64,000 nucleotides of DNA from Eledone cirrhosa (lineage: Eukaryota): contig OZ024742.1 of the NCBI GenBank assembly GCA_964016885.1, positions 252,464,001-252,528,000 of the forward strand, written 5' to 3'. The notes under the pieces were generated by a model. That model was not told the DNA's origin, did not search any database, and saw only the letters and a program-made list of their open reading frames with translations. This document shows positions 1 through 12,041 of this stretch, piece by piece (position 1 is the first letter of the stretch; each line of letters starts with the position of its first letter). Position numbers and translations under genes: made by a program.

Positions 1-12
1 TCAAATTATTAC

Positions 13-224
13 CTATTTTCCATGTTGTTGAAGAATCTGCAGTACACGTTCCAGGAGACAAATATTGTGGCAATAGTTTGGTAAAGATATCCAAGATATA
101 TAAGTTTGTAGGATGAATTTTAATATAATTATTAAGGCCAATTACTAAAATGACACCATACCAGGAATGTACGTTTTGTTGGACTGGTGGACCAACTTGT
201 TCAACCTGTGCTGATGGAAATGAA
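13..224 (-). CDS. Internal coding exon of an unidentified gene (SFPSAQVEQVGPPVQQNVHSWYGVILVIGLNNYIKIHPTNLYILDIFTKLLPQYLSPGTCTADSSTTWKI)
   Basis: On the minus strand: acceptor tttttcAG, donor AG|GTAATA, 212 nt open in one frame within non-repetitive sequence. Phase matches the exon at 4192-4278. Confidence 0.65.
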
Positions 225-299
225 CTGAAAAATGTTTACTTAAAAAAGAAAGTAATAAGAAAATAAGGAGAGTACTAACAGGGGAGGTAATAAGATTGT

Positions 300-332
<33 letters not shown>

Positions 333-521
333 CCGCCCTTTATCCTCCGACCCCACTCCTGGATATCAACAATTCGTGTCCTCCACCATCCACGAGCTCA
401 TCTCCTCTCTCCTACCCACCACAGTTACCAACCCTATTGTACGCACCCCTCGCACACCCACCATCTACTTCCTCCCCAAAATATACAAATAAAATAATTC
501 CGGCCGTCCTATCGTTTCTGC

Positions 522-2013
522 GTGCAACTGCCCCACCGAGATAATTCTGAATATTTAGACACCATCCTCGCCCTGTTGGTCGGTAATCTCCCCTCCCACA
601 TTCACGATACCAATCATGCCCTTAGACTCTTCAAATCCTTCTCCTTCCCCCCTGGTCTCTCTTGCCTTCTCTTTATCGTCCACATCACCTCTCTCTATAC
701 CGTCATCCCTCATGATGACGGCCTCCGTGCTCTCCAGCATTTTTTAGACTTACGCCCTACCCCTTACCCCAGCACTACCACTCCTTTCCGTCTGGCTGAG
801 CTTGTTCTCACCCTCAATGGCTTTTCTTTTTCTGGTGAAATCTATCAGCAGGTCTCTGGGGTAGCGATGGGAACCAGAATGGGTCCAAACTATGCCAACC
901 TGTTTGTTGACTATGTCGAAGCCCAGATCTTCTCCCAGTACGCTGGACCGACTCCTGAGCTATACGGTCGTTATATCGACGTCTGTATCAGTGCCACCAC
1001 TCTATTACGAGAACAGCTCAACTGCTTTCTTTCTTTTGTCCTATCTTTCCACCCTACTCTCACTTTCACCGCCTCCATCTCTGATTCTTCTGTTGCTTTT
1101 CTAGATATCTCTCTATCTATTAATCACTCTCACCACACCCTCTCTACTTCCATCTTCATTAAACCAACAGACTCCCACTCTTACTGCGACTTCACCTCCT
1201 CCCACACCAAACACTCCATACTCTATTCCCAATTCCTCCATCTTCGTCGACTCTGTAGCCAGGACAACGATTTCGAAACCCATTCCCTTCGCATGGCTTC
1301 CTGCTTCCTCCAGCGTGGATATCCCCCCACCCTGATCCAAGCTGCTCTAACCCGCGCCCATGAAACTGACCCTACAACATCCCTCTCACCTCACCCCCTC
1401 CCTCCCAACACCCGCGTTCCTTTCCCTCTCACCTGCCACCCCATCACCCTACCGCTCCGGCGATATATCCTCTGTTCCTTCTGCATCCTCTCTTCTGAGC
1501 CTGTCACTTCTAGCTTTTTTTCTAAACTCACCCATTACTGTTTTTAAGCGCGCCTGCAACCTCCATGACTTTCTGGTTTGCAGTTCCTTTTCGTCCTCTC
1601 CTACGACTCCACCCGGCTCTCATCCTTGTTCTTGTTCCTGCTGCAACACTTGTCCCTTCATTTCCACCCTCATCACTCTTACAGGCCCTAACGGGTCTTT
1701 CCGTATCTGCCACTCTTTCACCTGCACATCCACTCACATTGTCTATGCCCTCCAGTGTTCCCTTTGCGGGTCTTTATACATCGGACAAACTGGACGCCGT
1801 ATGGTGGACCGATTTGCTGGGCATTTGAGAGACATACGTCTCGGTTTGGATATTCCTGTCACCCATCATTTCTGTTCCCTACATGTTTCAGTCCTGGGTG
1901 TCCATTTACATCATGGATCACAGGCCTCACACACCAGGACTGAACAAAGTCTGATTCACCGCCTTGGGTCCTATTCTACTCTTGGACTCAACTCACCTCC
2001 CCAATTTCTCTAA
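522..2013 (+). pseudogene. Penelope RT + GIY-YIG endonuclease ORF, frameshifted
   Basis: ORF 522-1547 has SLYTVIP, GVAMGTRMGPNYANLF, YGRYIDV (RYIDD expected, so one catalytic Asp is lost), FLD and KPTD. ORF 1360-2013 has a Cys-rich linker (CCNTC) and VYALQCSLCGSLYIGQTGR. Confidence 0.9.
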
Positions 2014-2274
2014 TACCCTGTCCATTATCACACGCGCTTGTACATTCACCCCTAGATTCCTATCGCTCTCTCTTGATCATTAACATCTTCTCTTACAACT
2101 AATACAGACCGACTATATATGCTCACTCCACTTTTCCCTTCACTGCTCTGTATACACACATACACACCCTTATATTAACATACTTTTGCTCCTAGCTTCA
2201 TACTTACATGCACACACACTCTTTTACTAACATATACACACTCATTTCTTCTTAGCTTCGTACGGACGTATAAT

Positions 2275-2327
<53 letters not shown>

Positions 2328-2510
2328 TTACGTACGTGCACAAGTATAGCTCCATCATCCACTTTTCTAAAAAATAAATCATACACAAAACGCCAGCACC
2401 AACAGTTTTGCAAGAGATGTCAACATGAATGGACCTGTTATTTTCATCTAAAGACATTTTTTCCAATTCCAACCCGTCCGTCCCCTCAATCTATCTTATT
2501 TTTCATTCTT

Positions 2511-2546
2511 TCTTCTGATGAAGGACTAGCGTACGAAACGTTAAGA
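2511..2546 (+). ncRNA. Minimal type I hammerhead ribozyme motif of the Penelope 3' region
   Basis: tctt-CTGATGA-a-ggac(tagc)gtac-GAAA-c-GTT-aaga, with a palindromic AACGTT in place of stem III. Confidence 0.75.
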
Positions 2547-2669
2547 TCCTCTTCCTGCTATATCAAGTGTTAACCTGATATATCCCTTCCATATACTGTA
2601 CCGATTGTGTTGTTATTTCTGTTTACCTTTTACATACATATATTTTTCTAAAAAATAATTCTGTTTACC

Positions 2670-2728
<59 letters not shown>

Positions 2729-2729
<1 letters not shown>

Positions 2730-3044
2730 TAGTGGTTAGAGCATTGGCCTTGCAATCGAAAGGTTGTGAGTTCAATTCTCAGATCGGGTGATGTGTTGTT
2801 TCCTTGAGCAAGACACTTTATTTCACATTGTTCCAGTTTACTCAGCTGTAGAAATGAGATGATAGGGACTGGGGTCCCTATCATTCCACTGCAAAGTGGT
2901 CGTGGAGGTGCCACGGCAAAAAAGCACCCAGCACTCACTGTAAATGAGGTTGGTGTTAGGAAGGGCATCCAGCTGTAGAAATCAAGCCAGAATCAGTTCC
3001 CATCCCACCCTTGCAAGCAGGGAAAAGTGGACGTAAAATGAAAT
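2729..3044 (+). mobile_element. tRNA-derived SINE with RTE-like 3' tail, slightly 5' truncated
   Basis: A box (TAGTGGTTAG) and B box (GAGTTCAATTC), then ccttgagcaagacac. Near identical to 18606-18946. Confidence 0.85.
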
Positions 3045-3248
3045 ATACATGAGAGGAATTCAGATCAATATACAATAGTTTCAACTCTGTTGCACCACAA
3101 CTACTCAAGGAAAGTATGTGTGAAAAAAAACCTGATCAGAACAGACATTTAAACGATAATGTTATGGAGACAACACACCCTAATCTCTTGTAACCTATAG
3201 CATAAAACAGGTAGAAAAATAGAGATAACAACCATTTAAACAGTTTAA

Positions 3249-3455
3249 CCCTTTAGCATTTACATTACTCTATATTCACAGTAAAGACTTTACCTCACAT
3301 AACTATCTCACATAATATCGAAGCTATGAGACTTTGATGTTATTTATTTTGAGAACAATACCTTAACATTGGTATGAGCAGCTGATTACAGCTGGTTTGA
3401 ACAGAAAGTGGTGAGAGAATTCTGGCTGGACATGGCTGGTTTAAATGCTAAAGGG
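3249..3455. mobile_element. piggyBac-type MITE, family 1
   Basis: TTAA on both sides; TIR ccctttagcattta / taaatgctaaaggg. Confidence 0.85.
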
Positions 3456-3569
3456 TTAACAGATAAACGTTATAGTACATAAATTACATTAGTAGATCAC
3501 CTATTTTTCATATCTATACTGCACATTTTCAAGCCAACGAAAAAAACTTACCAGTTACCATTATTGGCA

Positions 3570-3782
3570 GATTGGCAGTATAGGTAGAGAGTCAGACAAC
3601 ATGCTTTGCAGCATAGAGTTATACCCCTTTACATTGTGAGTTCAAATCCTGTCGAGGTTAACTTAGCGTTTCATCCTTACGGGGTCAATAAAATAAAGTA
3701 TCATTAATGCATTGGTGTTGATTCAATTGACTTGTCCTCCTCCAAAATTGTTGGCCTTATGCCTAAATCAGAAACAATTATT
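3570..3782 (+). mobile_element. tRNA-derived SINE, family A (Meta-domain-like centre)
   Basis: ttggcagtat..ggtagag head, gagttcaaatcc B box, tttcatccttacggggtc centre, agaaacaatta end. Confidence 0.8.
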
Positions 3783-4191
3783 ATAAATCAATAATCAACA
3801 ATGGCTGTCATCAGTAGACCGTCCTATTAGTGACTCAAGATATCAGCTATCCTCAGAAATGTCAAAATCCTGATTGGTCTCCATGTTTGTTGTCATAGTG
3901 GCTGCCACAGTATTGTAGCAGTCAATGGATAACAGTGGGTTTTGATGGGAATGCTAAAAATATTTCATCTCACACACCAATGAAATAACTCAACTGAATA
4001 TATCAAATTATCAGGAGGAAAATATAACAGGAATTCAGATCGATATACGATAACTTCAACATATATTGTGGTTCTGTGATTATTCACTGATGATTTAAAT
4101 CCATAAAAGCCTTTGGTTTTCCTTTAAATACATAATGCTCTGTGATGCTGGTTATTTTCCAATCTTTCCGATCTTACCTCATGGGCCTTAC

Positions 4192-4278
4192 TTTCGATTT
4201 ATTTGATCTGCATGATTAATAATTATAACAACATATTGAGCTTCCCAGCATCTTGCTAAGTCAAAACTATGTTGATAT
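4192..4278 (-). CDS. Candidate coding exon (YQHSFDLARCWEAQYVVIIINHADQINR)
   Basis: ttgtAG acceptor and AA|GTAAGG donor; 87 nt open; joins in phase to 224-13 and to 5112-5182. Confidence 0.55.
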
Positions 4279-4287
4279 CTACAATTA

Positions 4288-4380
<93 letters not shown>

Positions 4381-4419
4381 ACCCACACCACACACATGCC
4401 ACATATACAAATGCTTGCA

Positions 4420-4720
4420 CAAATGTCAAAAACGGAAAGAATTCATTTCCTGTAATATCTTTTAATGTACCCATGTATTCAGTTTATTTGTCCATACATA
4501 TATGTCTTTGTATCTACTTGTATTTATTTATATTAATCTGTTTTTTTCCTATCTAGCTTTACATCTGATATATCTAGACAGATACACAGATATATTAAAA
4601 TAAACACAGATACAAGCAGATACAATGAAACATATGTATATGCGTGGACAAGCAGATGACTATATGGATAAATTGAAAGATATTACAGGAAATGAACTCT
4701 TTCCGCTATCGACATATTAA
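4420..4720. repeat. Diverged foldback (MITE-like long inverted repeat)
   Basis: cggaaagaattcatttcctgtaatatcttt (~4433) is mirrored by aaagatattacaggaaatgaactctttccg (~4676-4705). Pairing continues inward. Confidence 0.75.
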
Positions 4721-5111
4721 GCCTATTTATGTTACTCTGTACATGTTTAAGCAGTAATTATTTTATCATACAGTTAACCCCTGTTTATATAGTTCTAAAT
4801 CTAATTTTATGCAATAGGTTTACATTTTATGTCAAATACTACATGTGATTACATGATAAATGATGTTTAAAAGACTTAAAACATTAATAAAATGTTTAAA
4901 ATAGCCTCATTACAAATGTTTCACGGACTCAGCGAATATCAAACACTGGGTCATGGAACCTGTCTCAAAGATTTGTACTGTTCTAAAATTTTCTTAAAGC
5001 AAACTGTGTTTTACTGTGTCTATCATTCCACCACCATTTTGGCATTTCGAGATAATTTCAGATATTTTAAAATATGAATGTTTTTAAATGAAAAACTAAT
5101 GAAATCCTTAC

Positions 5112-5182
5112 TTCTTGAGAGATTCCATTGTGGTTTTACTGCAACTAAACATAGTTAGTACAGTAAATAATCCCACATGAGA
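5112..5182 (-). CDS. Candidate coding exon (SHVGLFTVLTMFSCSKTTMESLK)
   Basis: cctAG acceptor and AA|GTAAGG donor; phase 0 start and phase 2 end fit the neighbouring exons. Confidence 0.45.
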
Positions 5183-5497
5183 CTAGGTTGAACCAATATC
5201 ATTGCTAGTATAGCAGGTGTAACTAAAGAAAATGGCACTTATTGCAAGCAATGAAATTGCACCCCTGTCCAACACTGTATTTTCAACTATGGGCCTAATA
5301 ATTTATATAAATAGTTTAATGATCCAGCCACTATAGTGTTCTCAGCCATGATAATGAAGGACAGATCATGCATCTGAAGAAATTCTTTTTTTCACTCTCT
5401 GGCGATAGCTTATCTCACTTAATAGAAAATTCTCCCAGTCCAAATGGAGCAGCCCCACTTCAAGTGGTGCCCTTGTCACATGTCATGCTTGCCATAC

Positions 5498-5589
5498 CCT
5501 AGTTATACCTCTGTGTGTTGAGCTTGTTTGAATATTACAGGATTGGGGATGATACTGATACAAAACTGGAACACTGATATAAATACACG
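5498..5589 (-). CDS. Candidate coding exon (CIYISVPVLYQYHPQSCNIQTSSTHRGITR)
   Basis: AGG|GTATGG donor in phase 0. The acceptor is either ttcaAG (5590) or atcAG (5574); a ctaat branch-like motif lies upstream. Confidence 0.4.
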
Positions 5590-5958
5590 CTTGAAGATAC
5601 AAATAGACAGTGAATTAGTAAAAAATAGGAGTGCATTACTTTCGCTATCTTATCTGTAGGGCTCATCTGACATATATCACCTAGACTGCTCCTCCTTACC
5701 CTCCCTCCCTTTCTTTCTAACCCTAACCCTAACCCATTTTTTAAAAACATTATATGATTTAATTAGACAAAGTACCTGGCAGTATTTATTTTGACTCCTT
5801 GCATTTTGACTTCTTGCCTTTCATCCTCCCAGAGCTGACATATATAGTACCAATCTGGAGTGATGGAGATTAGTGGAATGATTAAAGAGTCATATGAGAT
5901 GCTTTGTGGTATTTCTTCTGGCTTTTTGGCATTCTAAGTGTTCAAAGGCCTGCCTGTG

Positions 5959-6198
5959 TGATAAACTTCATTTGTCTCCCAGTTTAATACCACTACCAAA
6001 ACCTGGTCCTTTGGTACCTTTATCAGAGACTACTCTGTTGCAAACAAGTTTAACACTGCCATCCCCACCTGTTGCTTTGGTGCCTTTATCAGAGACCACT
6101 CTCTCTTTTATGATAAACTTCATTTGTCTCCCAGTTTAATACAACCTCCAAAACCCAGTCCTTTGGTGCCTTTATCAGGGACCACTCTCTTGCAAACA
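5959..6198. repeat. Direct duplication, ~88-bp unit at 152-bp spacing, plus an internal partial copy
   Basis: tgataaacttcatttgtctcccagtttaatac...ttgcaaaca at 5959 and 6111; ctttggtgcctttatcagagacc also at ~6075. Confidence 0.85.
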
Positions 6199-6500
6199 TT
6201 CAAACCAGATCAATGGTTGAATAGAATAATGAAATAAAGACCTATTATTTTCTTTTTAAAAGAAATATTTTATCATAAGAATACACTGGAATAGTCTTTC
6301 TTTGTTTTCTTTAAACTTTCCATGACCTTATTTCTAATGAAATACACTGCATTTCAATTAATTAATGAGGAAATTGGAAAGATTTTCTGAAGTTATTAAT
6401 TATTTCATTATTAAGATTGTATTTGTAACATGATTTAAAAAAAGCTTCTAATGTCAAATTATGTTGGGAGATTTAAATTTAAATGATAACCCTTCATTAA

Positions 6501-6721
6501 CCCTTTAGCATTTAAACTAGACATATCTGGCCAGAATTCTCTCACCTCTTTCTGTTCAAACCAGCCATAACTGGCTGCTCATACTTAAGTTAAAGTATTG
6601 TTCTCAAAATAAATGATATCAAAATCTCGTAGATTCAATATTATGTGAGATAATTATGTGAAACAATGTGTTTATTGTGAAAATACAATATTGAATATAG
6701 AGTAATATAAATGCTAAAGGA
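6501..6721. mobile_element. piggyBac-type MITE, family 1 (opposite orientation)
   Basis: TTAA-ccctttagcattt ... aaatgctaaagga-TTAA. Confidence 0.8.
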
Positions 6722-7019
6722 TTAAAATAAGAACAGTTTTGAGTGGATTGATATCAAAATAGTTAAGTTGGTATAAACAAGCTCAAGTTCTGTTTCATCA
6801 GATGTATTCTGCCAAATCATTACAGGATGTTAAGAGTTAACTTTAATAACACCAATAACTAGAATTAAAGATAAAACTATAGGAAGTGAAATAAAAGATT
6901 TAGGAATTGCAAAAACATATGTCATAAATGTTGCACATGGACTCTACTAAATGTCAGCTTTTGACCTTTCTCATAGATATTGAAATAACTATTTCAAAAC
7001 ATTTAAGAATTATTATTAT

Positions 7020-7700
7020 CAGATTGGCAGTATTGGTAGAGGGTTGAACGCCATGTTTTGCAGCAAAGAGTTATGGCGCTTTACAATCTGAGTTCAAATT
7101 CCGCCGAGGTTAACTTTGCTTTTCATCTTTACGGGGTCGATAAAATAAAGCACCAGTAATGTACTGGGGTAATTGCTGGCCTTGTGCCAAAATTAGAAAC
7201 AATTATTATATTATAGAGAGGTTGATGGATTGGCAGTATTGGTAGAGCGCCAGACAAAATACTCTGTGGCAAATATAGCTACAGCCCTTTATGTTCTGAG
7301 TTCAAATCCCACTAACGTTAGATTTGCCTTTCCTCCTTCTGGGGTTGATAAAATAAAATACCACTCAGTGAACTAACATTCTATCCTATGTGAAAGCCAC
7401 ATTGGTAAGACATTCGTGGAGGTGTGTGGTCTAGTGGAAAAGGTGTTGGACTTGTGATTGTAATGCTGTTGGCTTGATTCTTGGATAGTGTTGTGTTCTT
7501 GAGCAAAACACTTCATTTCATGTTGTTCCTGTATACTCAGTTGAAAATGAGTACCAGCAGCAATAGCTGGGGGTTTAACCCTGCAATGGACTGGCATTGT
7601 GTCCAAGAGGGCGTCTTGTACTCTCAGTTGCTTAAGCCATCGAAACTGGGATAAACACTGGCCTTTTGATTCTCTGGAATTGAGACAGACTTTAGACTTA
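7020..7700 (+). mobile_element. Cluster of three tRNA-derived SINEs (two family A at ~7020-7205 and ~7225-7370; one family B at ~7418-7698)
   Basis: Repeated A/B boxes with the family-diagnostic centres. Confidence 0.75.
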
Positions 7701-7998
7701 GACAAAACAGGGCTGTGACTACATCATATTAATCTAATACTGCACAGTTTCAGAATCATCTGTCTGCTAGGAAAGATATTATAAACATTAGAATTAATAA
7801 ACCAATTTTTAGTTATTTTATGCTAAATCATTATAAGATGTTAAGAGTTAAATCAGATTTGAGTATGATTTTGATATTTTTTATGTAGGTGATTAAAATA
7901 GATAGGGGTAGATAGGATTTGGTCTTTTCTAGACTGGTGAGTAGTAACTTCAGAGTTAGACATAGAGTCATTAGACAACTTACAGAAGGACAGAGTGT

Positions 7999-8117
7999 AA
8001 ACTAAAAGAAGGTATTGGCAAACATAGGTTATAGGGATGATGAGAAGATGTAGAGGACACCTGTGAATTTCTACAAGACAACTTGCTACAAACATTATTA
8101 TCATCACCAGTATCAAT

Positions 8118-8172
<55 letters not shown>

Positions 8173-8174
8173 AT

Positions 8175-8220
<46 letters not shown>

Positions 8221-8369
8221 ATATCATCATCATCATCATCATCATCATCATTATCATCATCATCATCATCATCATCATCATTATCATCACCATCATTATC
8301 ATCACCATCATTATCATCATCATCAATATCATTATCATTATCATCACCATCATTATCATCATCATCAAT

Positions 8370-8400
<31 letters not shown>

Positions 8401-8862
8401 ATATCATCATCATTATCATCAACATCATTATCATCATTATCATTATTATCAACAACAACATCATTATCATCCTCACTACCACCATCAACACCACCAGCAC
8501 TGCTGCCGCCGCCATCTTGTCCTCTCAGTTGTTTAATGCTCAGGGAAACTGTGAGACAGACTTAAGACTTTTTCTTTAACTTAGATGGTGATGCTGATGC
8601 TGATGATGGTGATGATGATGATGATGACGAAGACGACGACGATGATGATGATGATGACAACGATGATGATGACAACGATGATGATGGTGATGATGACGAA
8701 GATGACGACGATGATGATGATGACGATGATGATGATGATGACAATGATGATGATGATAATAATGTTTGTAGCAAGTTGTCTTGTAGAAATTCACAGGTGT
8801 CCTCTATATCTCCTCATCATGTGACTCCCTATAACCTGTTTGCCAATACCTTCTTTTAGTTT
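7999..8862. repeat. Inverted duplication of a ~105-bp unique segment, each copy with an (ATC)n tract
   Basis: 7999-8105 is the near-exact reverse complement of 8755-8862. (ATC)n at 8100-8500 faces (GAT)n at 8585-8760. Confidence 0.9.
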
Positions 8863-8909
8863 ATGATGATGATGATGTGTAGGGATTGCATGTGTGTGCT
8901 GTTGAAGCA

Positions 8910-9320
8910 GACAAGATTGACAAGATTGACAAGATTGACAAGATTGTCAAGATTGTCAAGATTGACAAGATTGTCAAGATTGCCAAGATTGACAAGATTG
9001 TCAAGATTGACAAGATTGTCAAGATTGTCAAGATTGTCAAGATTGACAAGATTGTCAAGATTGTCAAGATTGTCAAGATTGACAAGATTGTCAAGATTGT
9101 CAAGATTGTCAAGATTGACAAGATTGTCAAGATTGTCAAGATTGACAAGATTGTCAAGATTGACAAGATTGTCAAGATTGTCAAGATTGTCAAGATTGAC
9201 AAGATTGTCAAGATTGTCAAGATTGTCAAGATTGACAAGATTGTCAAGATTGTCAAGATTGTCAAGATTGTCAAGATTGTCAAAATTGTCAAGATTGTCA
9301 AGATTGACAAGATTGACAAG
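8910..9320. repeat. 9-bp minisatellite G(A/T)CAAGATT, about 45 units
   Basis: Direct reading: two main variants, gacaagatt and gtcaagatt. Confidence 0.95.
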
Positions 9321-9434
9321 AACACACTGGATGATGTTATAGAGATATCTTTGTTCATTGAGTCAGCATAGCTGTTTGGATATCTATATATTTTCATAGC
9401 TACTCCATTCTTTGTATTTAGCAGACTTAACACT

Positions 9435-10730
9435 TCAACACACACATAGATACACACACACATATACACACACATACATACACACACAAATACACACACA
9501 TACACGATCATGCATGCATACACATGCACGAACAGACACACACACAAACACACACACAAACACACATACACATACTCATATTCACACAAACTCATACACA
9601 CACACACAAACACAAATACACACACAGACACACACATGCACAAAAACACGCACACACACACACACACATACATATGCATACACACAAACACACATACTCA
9701 TACACACACATACACACACATACACACAAATACACACACATACACACACACATGCACGAACACACACACACACACATGCACGAACACACACACACACACA
9801 CACACGCATATACACAAATACACACACAGACACACACATGCACAAAAACACGCACACACACATACATACGCATACACACAAACACACATACTCATACACA
9901 CACATACACACACATACATACGCACAAATACACACACATACACACACATGCACGAACACACAAACACACACATGCATGAACACACATATACACATACATA
10001 CTCATACACACAAACATACAAACACACACATACACATGAATACACATACATACATACACATACACACACTCATACACACACACATACAAACACACGCATA
10101 CACACAAACACAAGCACTTATAAATTTACACATGCATACACACACATTCACAAACATACACATGCATGAACGCACATACATACATAAACATAAACACACA
10201 TGCACAAACATACACATACATACATACACATACACACAAACACACATACTCATACACACACACATACAAACGCCCGCATACATACAAACATATAAATACA
10301 TACACACAAACACAAACACACATAAATATACTCATGCATACACACACATGCACAAACACACACTCACAAACACACACACACATGAACACACATATACACA
10401 CAAACAAAAGCATACACATACATACACACACATACACAAACACACACTCACAAATACACACACACATGAACACACATACACACACACAGAAAGACATACA
10501 CAGACACACACATACACACAAACACACACATACACACACATGCACAAACACACACTCACAATAACGCACACACACATGAACACACATACACGCACACAGA
10601 CAGACATACACATACACACCTACACACACACACATGTACATACACACGAACACACATCGACACACGCATACACACATACACACACACACAGACATACACA
10701 CACATGCACACGCACACATACACACACACT
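9435..10730. repeat. Degenerate CA-rich compound microsatellite/minisatellite
   Basis: Continuous (CA)n with recurring sub-motifs such as catgcacgaa and catactcata. Confidence 0.95.
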
Positions 10731-11532
10731 AGATATGCATAAAAGGTCCTGATTGCTGTCAGAGTATGTTTACTCCAAAATAATTGCATAATAATATCTT
10801 AATTTTCTTGTTTTTGTTTTTATGGAGTTTTTTGGGGTTTTTCTTATATCATTTGTATAAACTGGTTTGTTTCCTGTCAGCTGTCATGTTTGACTGTAAA
10901 GTTAGCTATCTACACTATTTCTTGGGCATTCTCTTGTTTTCTTTTCCATATATATTAATTTCAATGTCAAATATACATATATTCAATATTATAGGAGTGA
11001 CTGAAGAAATAAATCTACTATTATGACTTTGTATTATATATATATATATTTTTTTTTTTTTCTTGTCAGAAATGGTAAAACTAGAAAGTAGAATAATAAA
11101 TACATTTTCCTGAGGAACCAAAAGTGAAAAAAAAAAAAGGAAAAATAATAAAAGAAGCGAAAATCAACCAATGAGACATCTTGAACACTTTTTTTTTTAT
11201 TGAGGTTGATAATGTTTGGGCCTGAAATACTTGCTTGTGCTGTTCAACTCTGAGAGTTTCTTACCACTGTTCCATATCTTTGATTTTTCTGTTTGAAGCT
11301 TCATTTTTTGTTTTATTTTAATTATCTTCATTAAAAAAATCATATTTAAATAAAAGTCAACTACTCACTCCCTATTGCATAATCCCAATGAGATCCTTTC
11401 CCACTTCATCTTCACAAAACCTTTCTACTTCTTCCTGTTCAGAGCAATCCTATATTACAGGTTATATACCAAGCTGTCTAGACGAAAATATGACTGAACT
11501 TGGATTTGTGGAGAAAGAACAAAGTTCTTTAA

Positions 11533-11753
11533 CCCTTTAGCATTTGCATTACTCTATATTTACTATTGAATTTTCGCAGTAAAAGCTTTACCTTGAATAA
11601 TTATCTCAAATAATATCGAATCTATGAGATTTTGATGTTATTTATTTTGAGAACAATACCTTAACGTCAGTATAAGTGGCCGCTTATGGATGTTTGGAAC
11701 AGTAAGAGGTGAGAGGATTCTGGCCGGAGATGGCTGCTTTAGATGCTAAAGGG
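11533..11753. mobile_element. piggyBac-type MITE, family 1
   Basis: TTAA-ccctttagcat ... atgctaaaggg-TTAA. Confidence 0.85.
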
Positions 11754-12000
11754 TTAATTCATAAGCTACATGGAACCTTCAAAATCTGTAAACATTCTTA
11801 CTATTCAAAAGAAGAATGCTTACACAGGAGATGATAACAATTTCCTTTTCATTTCAGCTTTGCCACCGGGAAGGTGGCCAGTCAAAAATTAACTCAAAAT
11901 TAAGAGAAAGAGAGAACATACATCCATACATACATACAGTCATACATACATGCATACATTTATGCATACATACATACTACATACATACATATGCACATAC

Positions 12001-12041
<41 letters not shown>

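Larger units (their letters stand above)
333..2660 (+). mobile_element. Penelope-like retroelement, inactivated
   Basis: RT and GIY-YIG coding region followed by a 3' region containing a minimal hammerhead motif. Flanked by (CA)n/(TA)n tracts. Confidence 0.9.

Noticed and set aside
13-224. Resemblance of the exon peptide to DUF288/STELLO-like proteins
   Set aside because: Only a vague hydrophobic pattern recalled from memory; insufficient to name the gene.
3843-3953. Possible minus-strand exon after a ttttAG acceptor
   Set aside because: All frames reach a stop before any donor, and it is not needed for the exon chain.
7853-10789. Long ORFs (poly-His/Ser/Met, DKI/VKI, HT/CV-rich, up to 446 aa)
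   Set aside because: Translations of micro- and minisatellites that lack stops by composition; open in many frames on both strands.
11461-11895. Plus-strand exon-like pieces (GYIPSCLDENM..., LPPGRWPVKN*), also 43971-44040 and 45047-45103
   Set aside because: Short, with weak donors or incompatible phases and no recognisable homology; within chance expectation.
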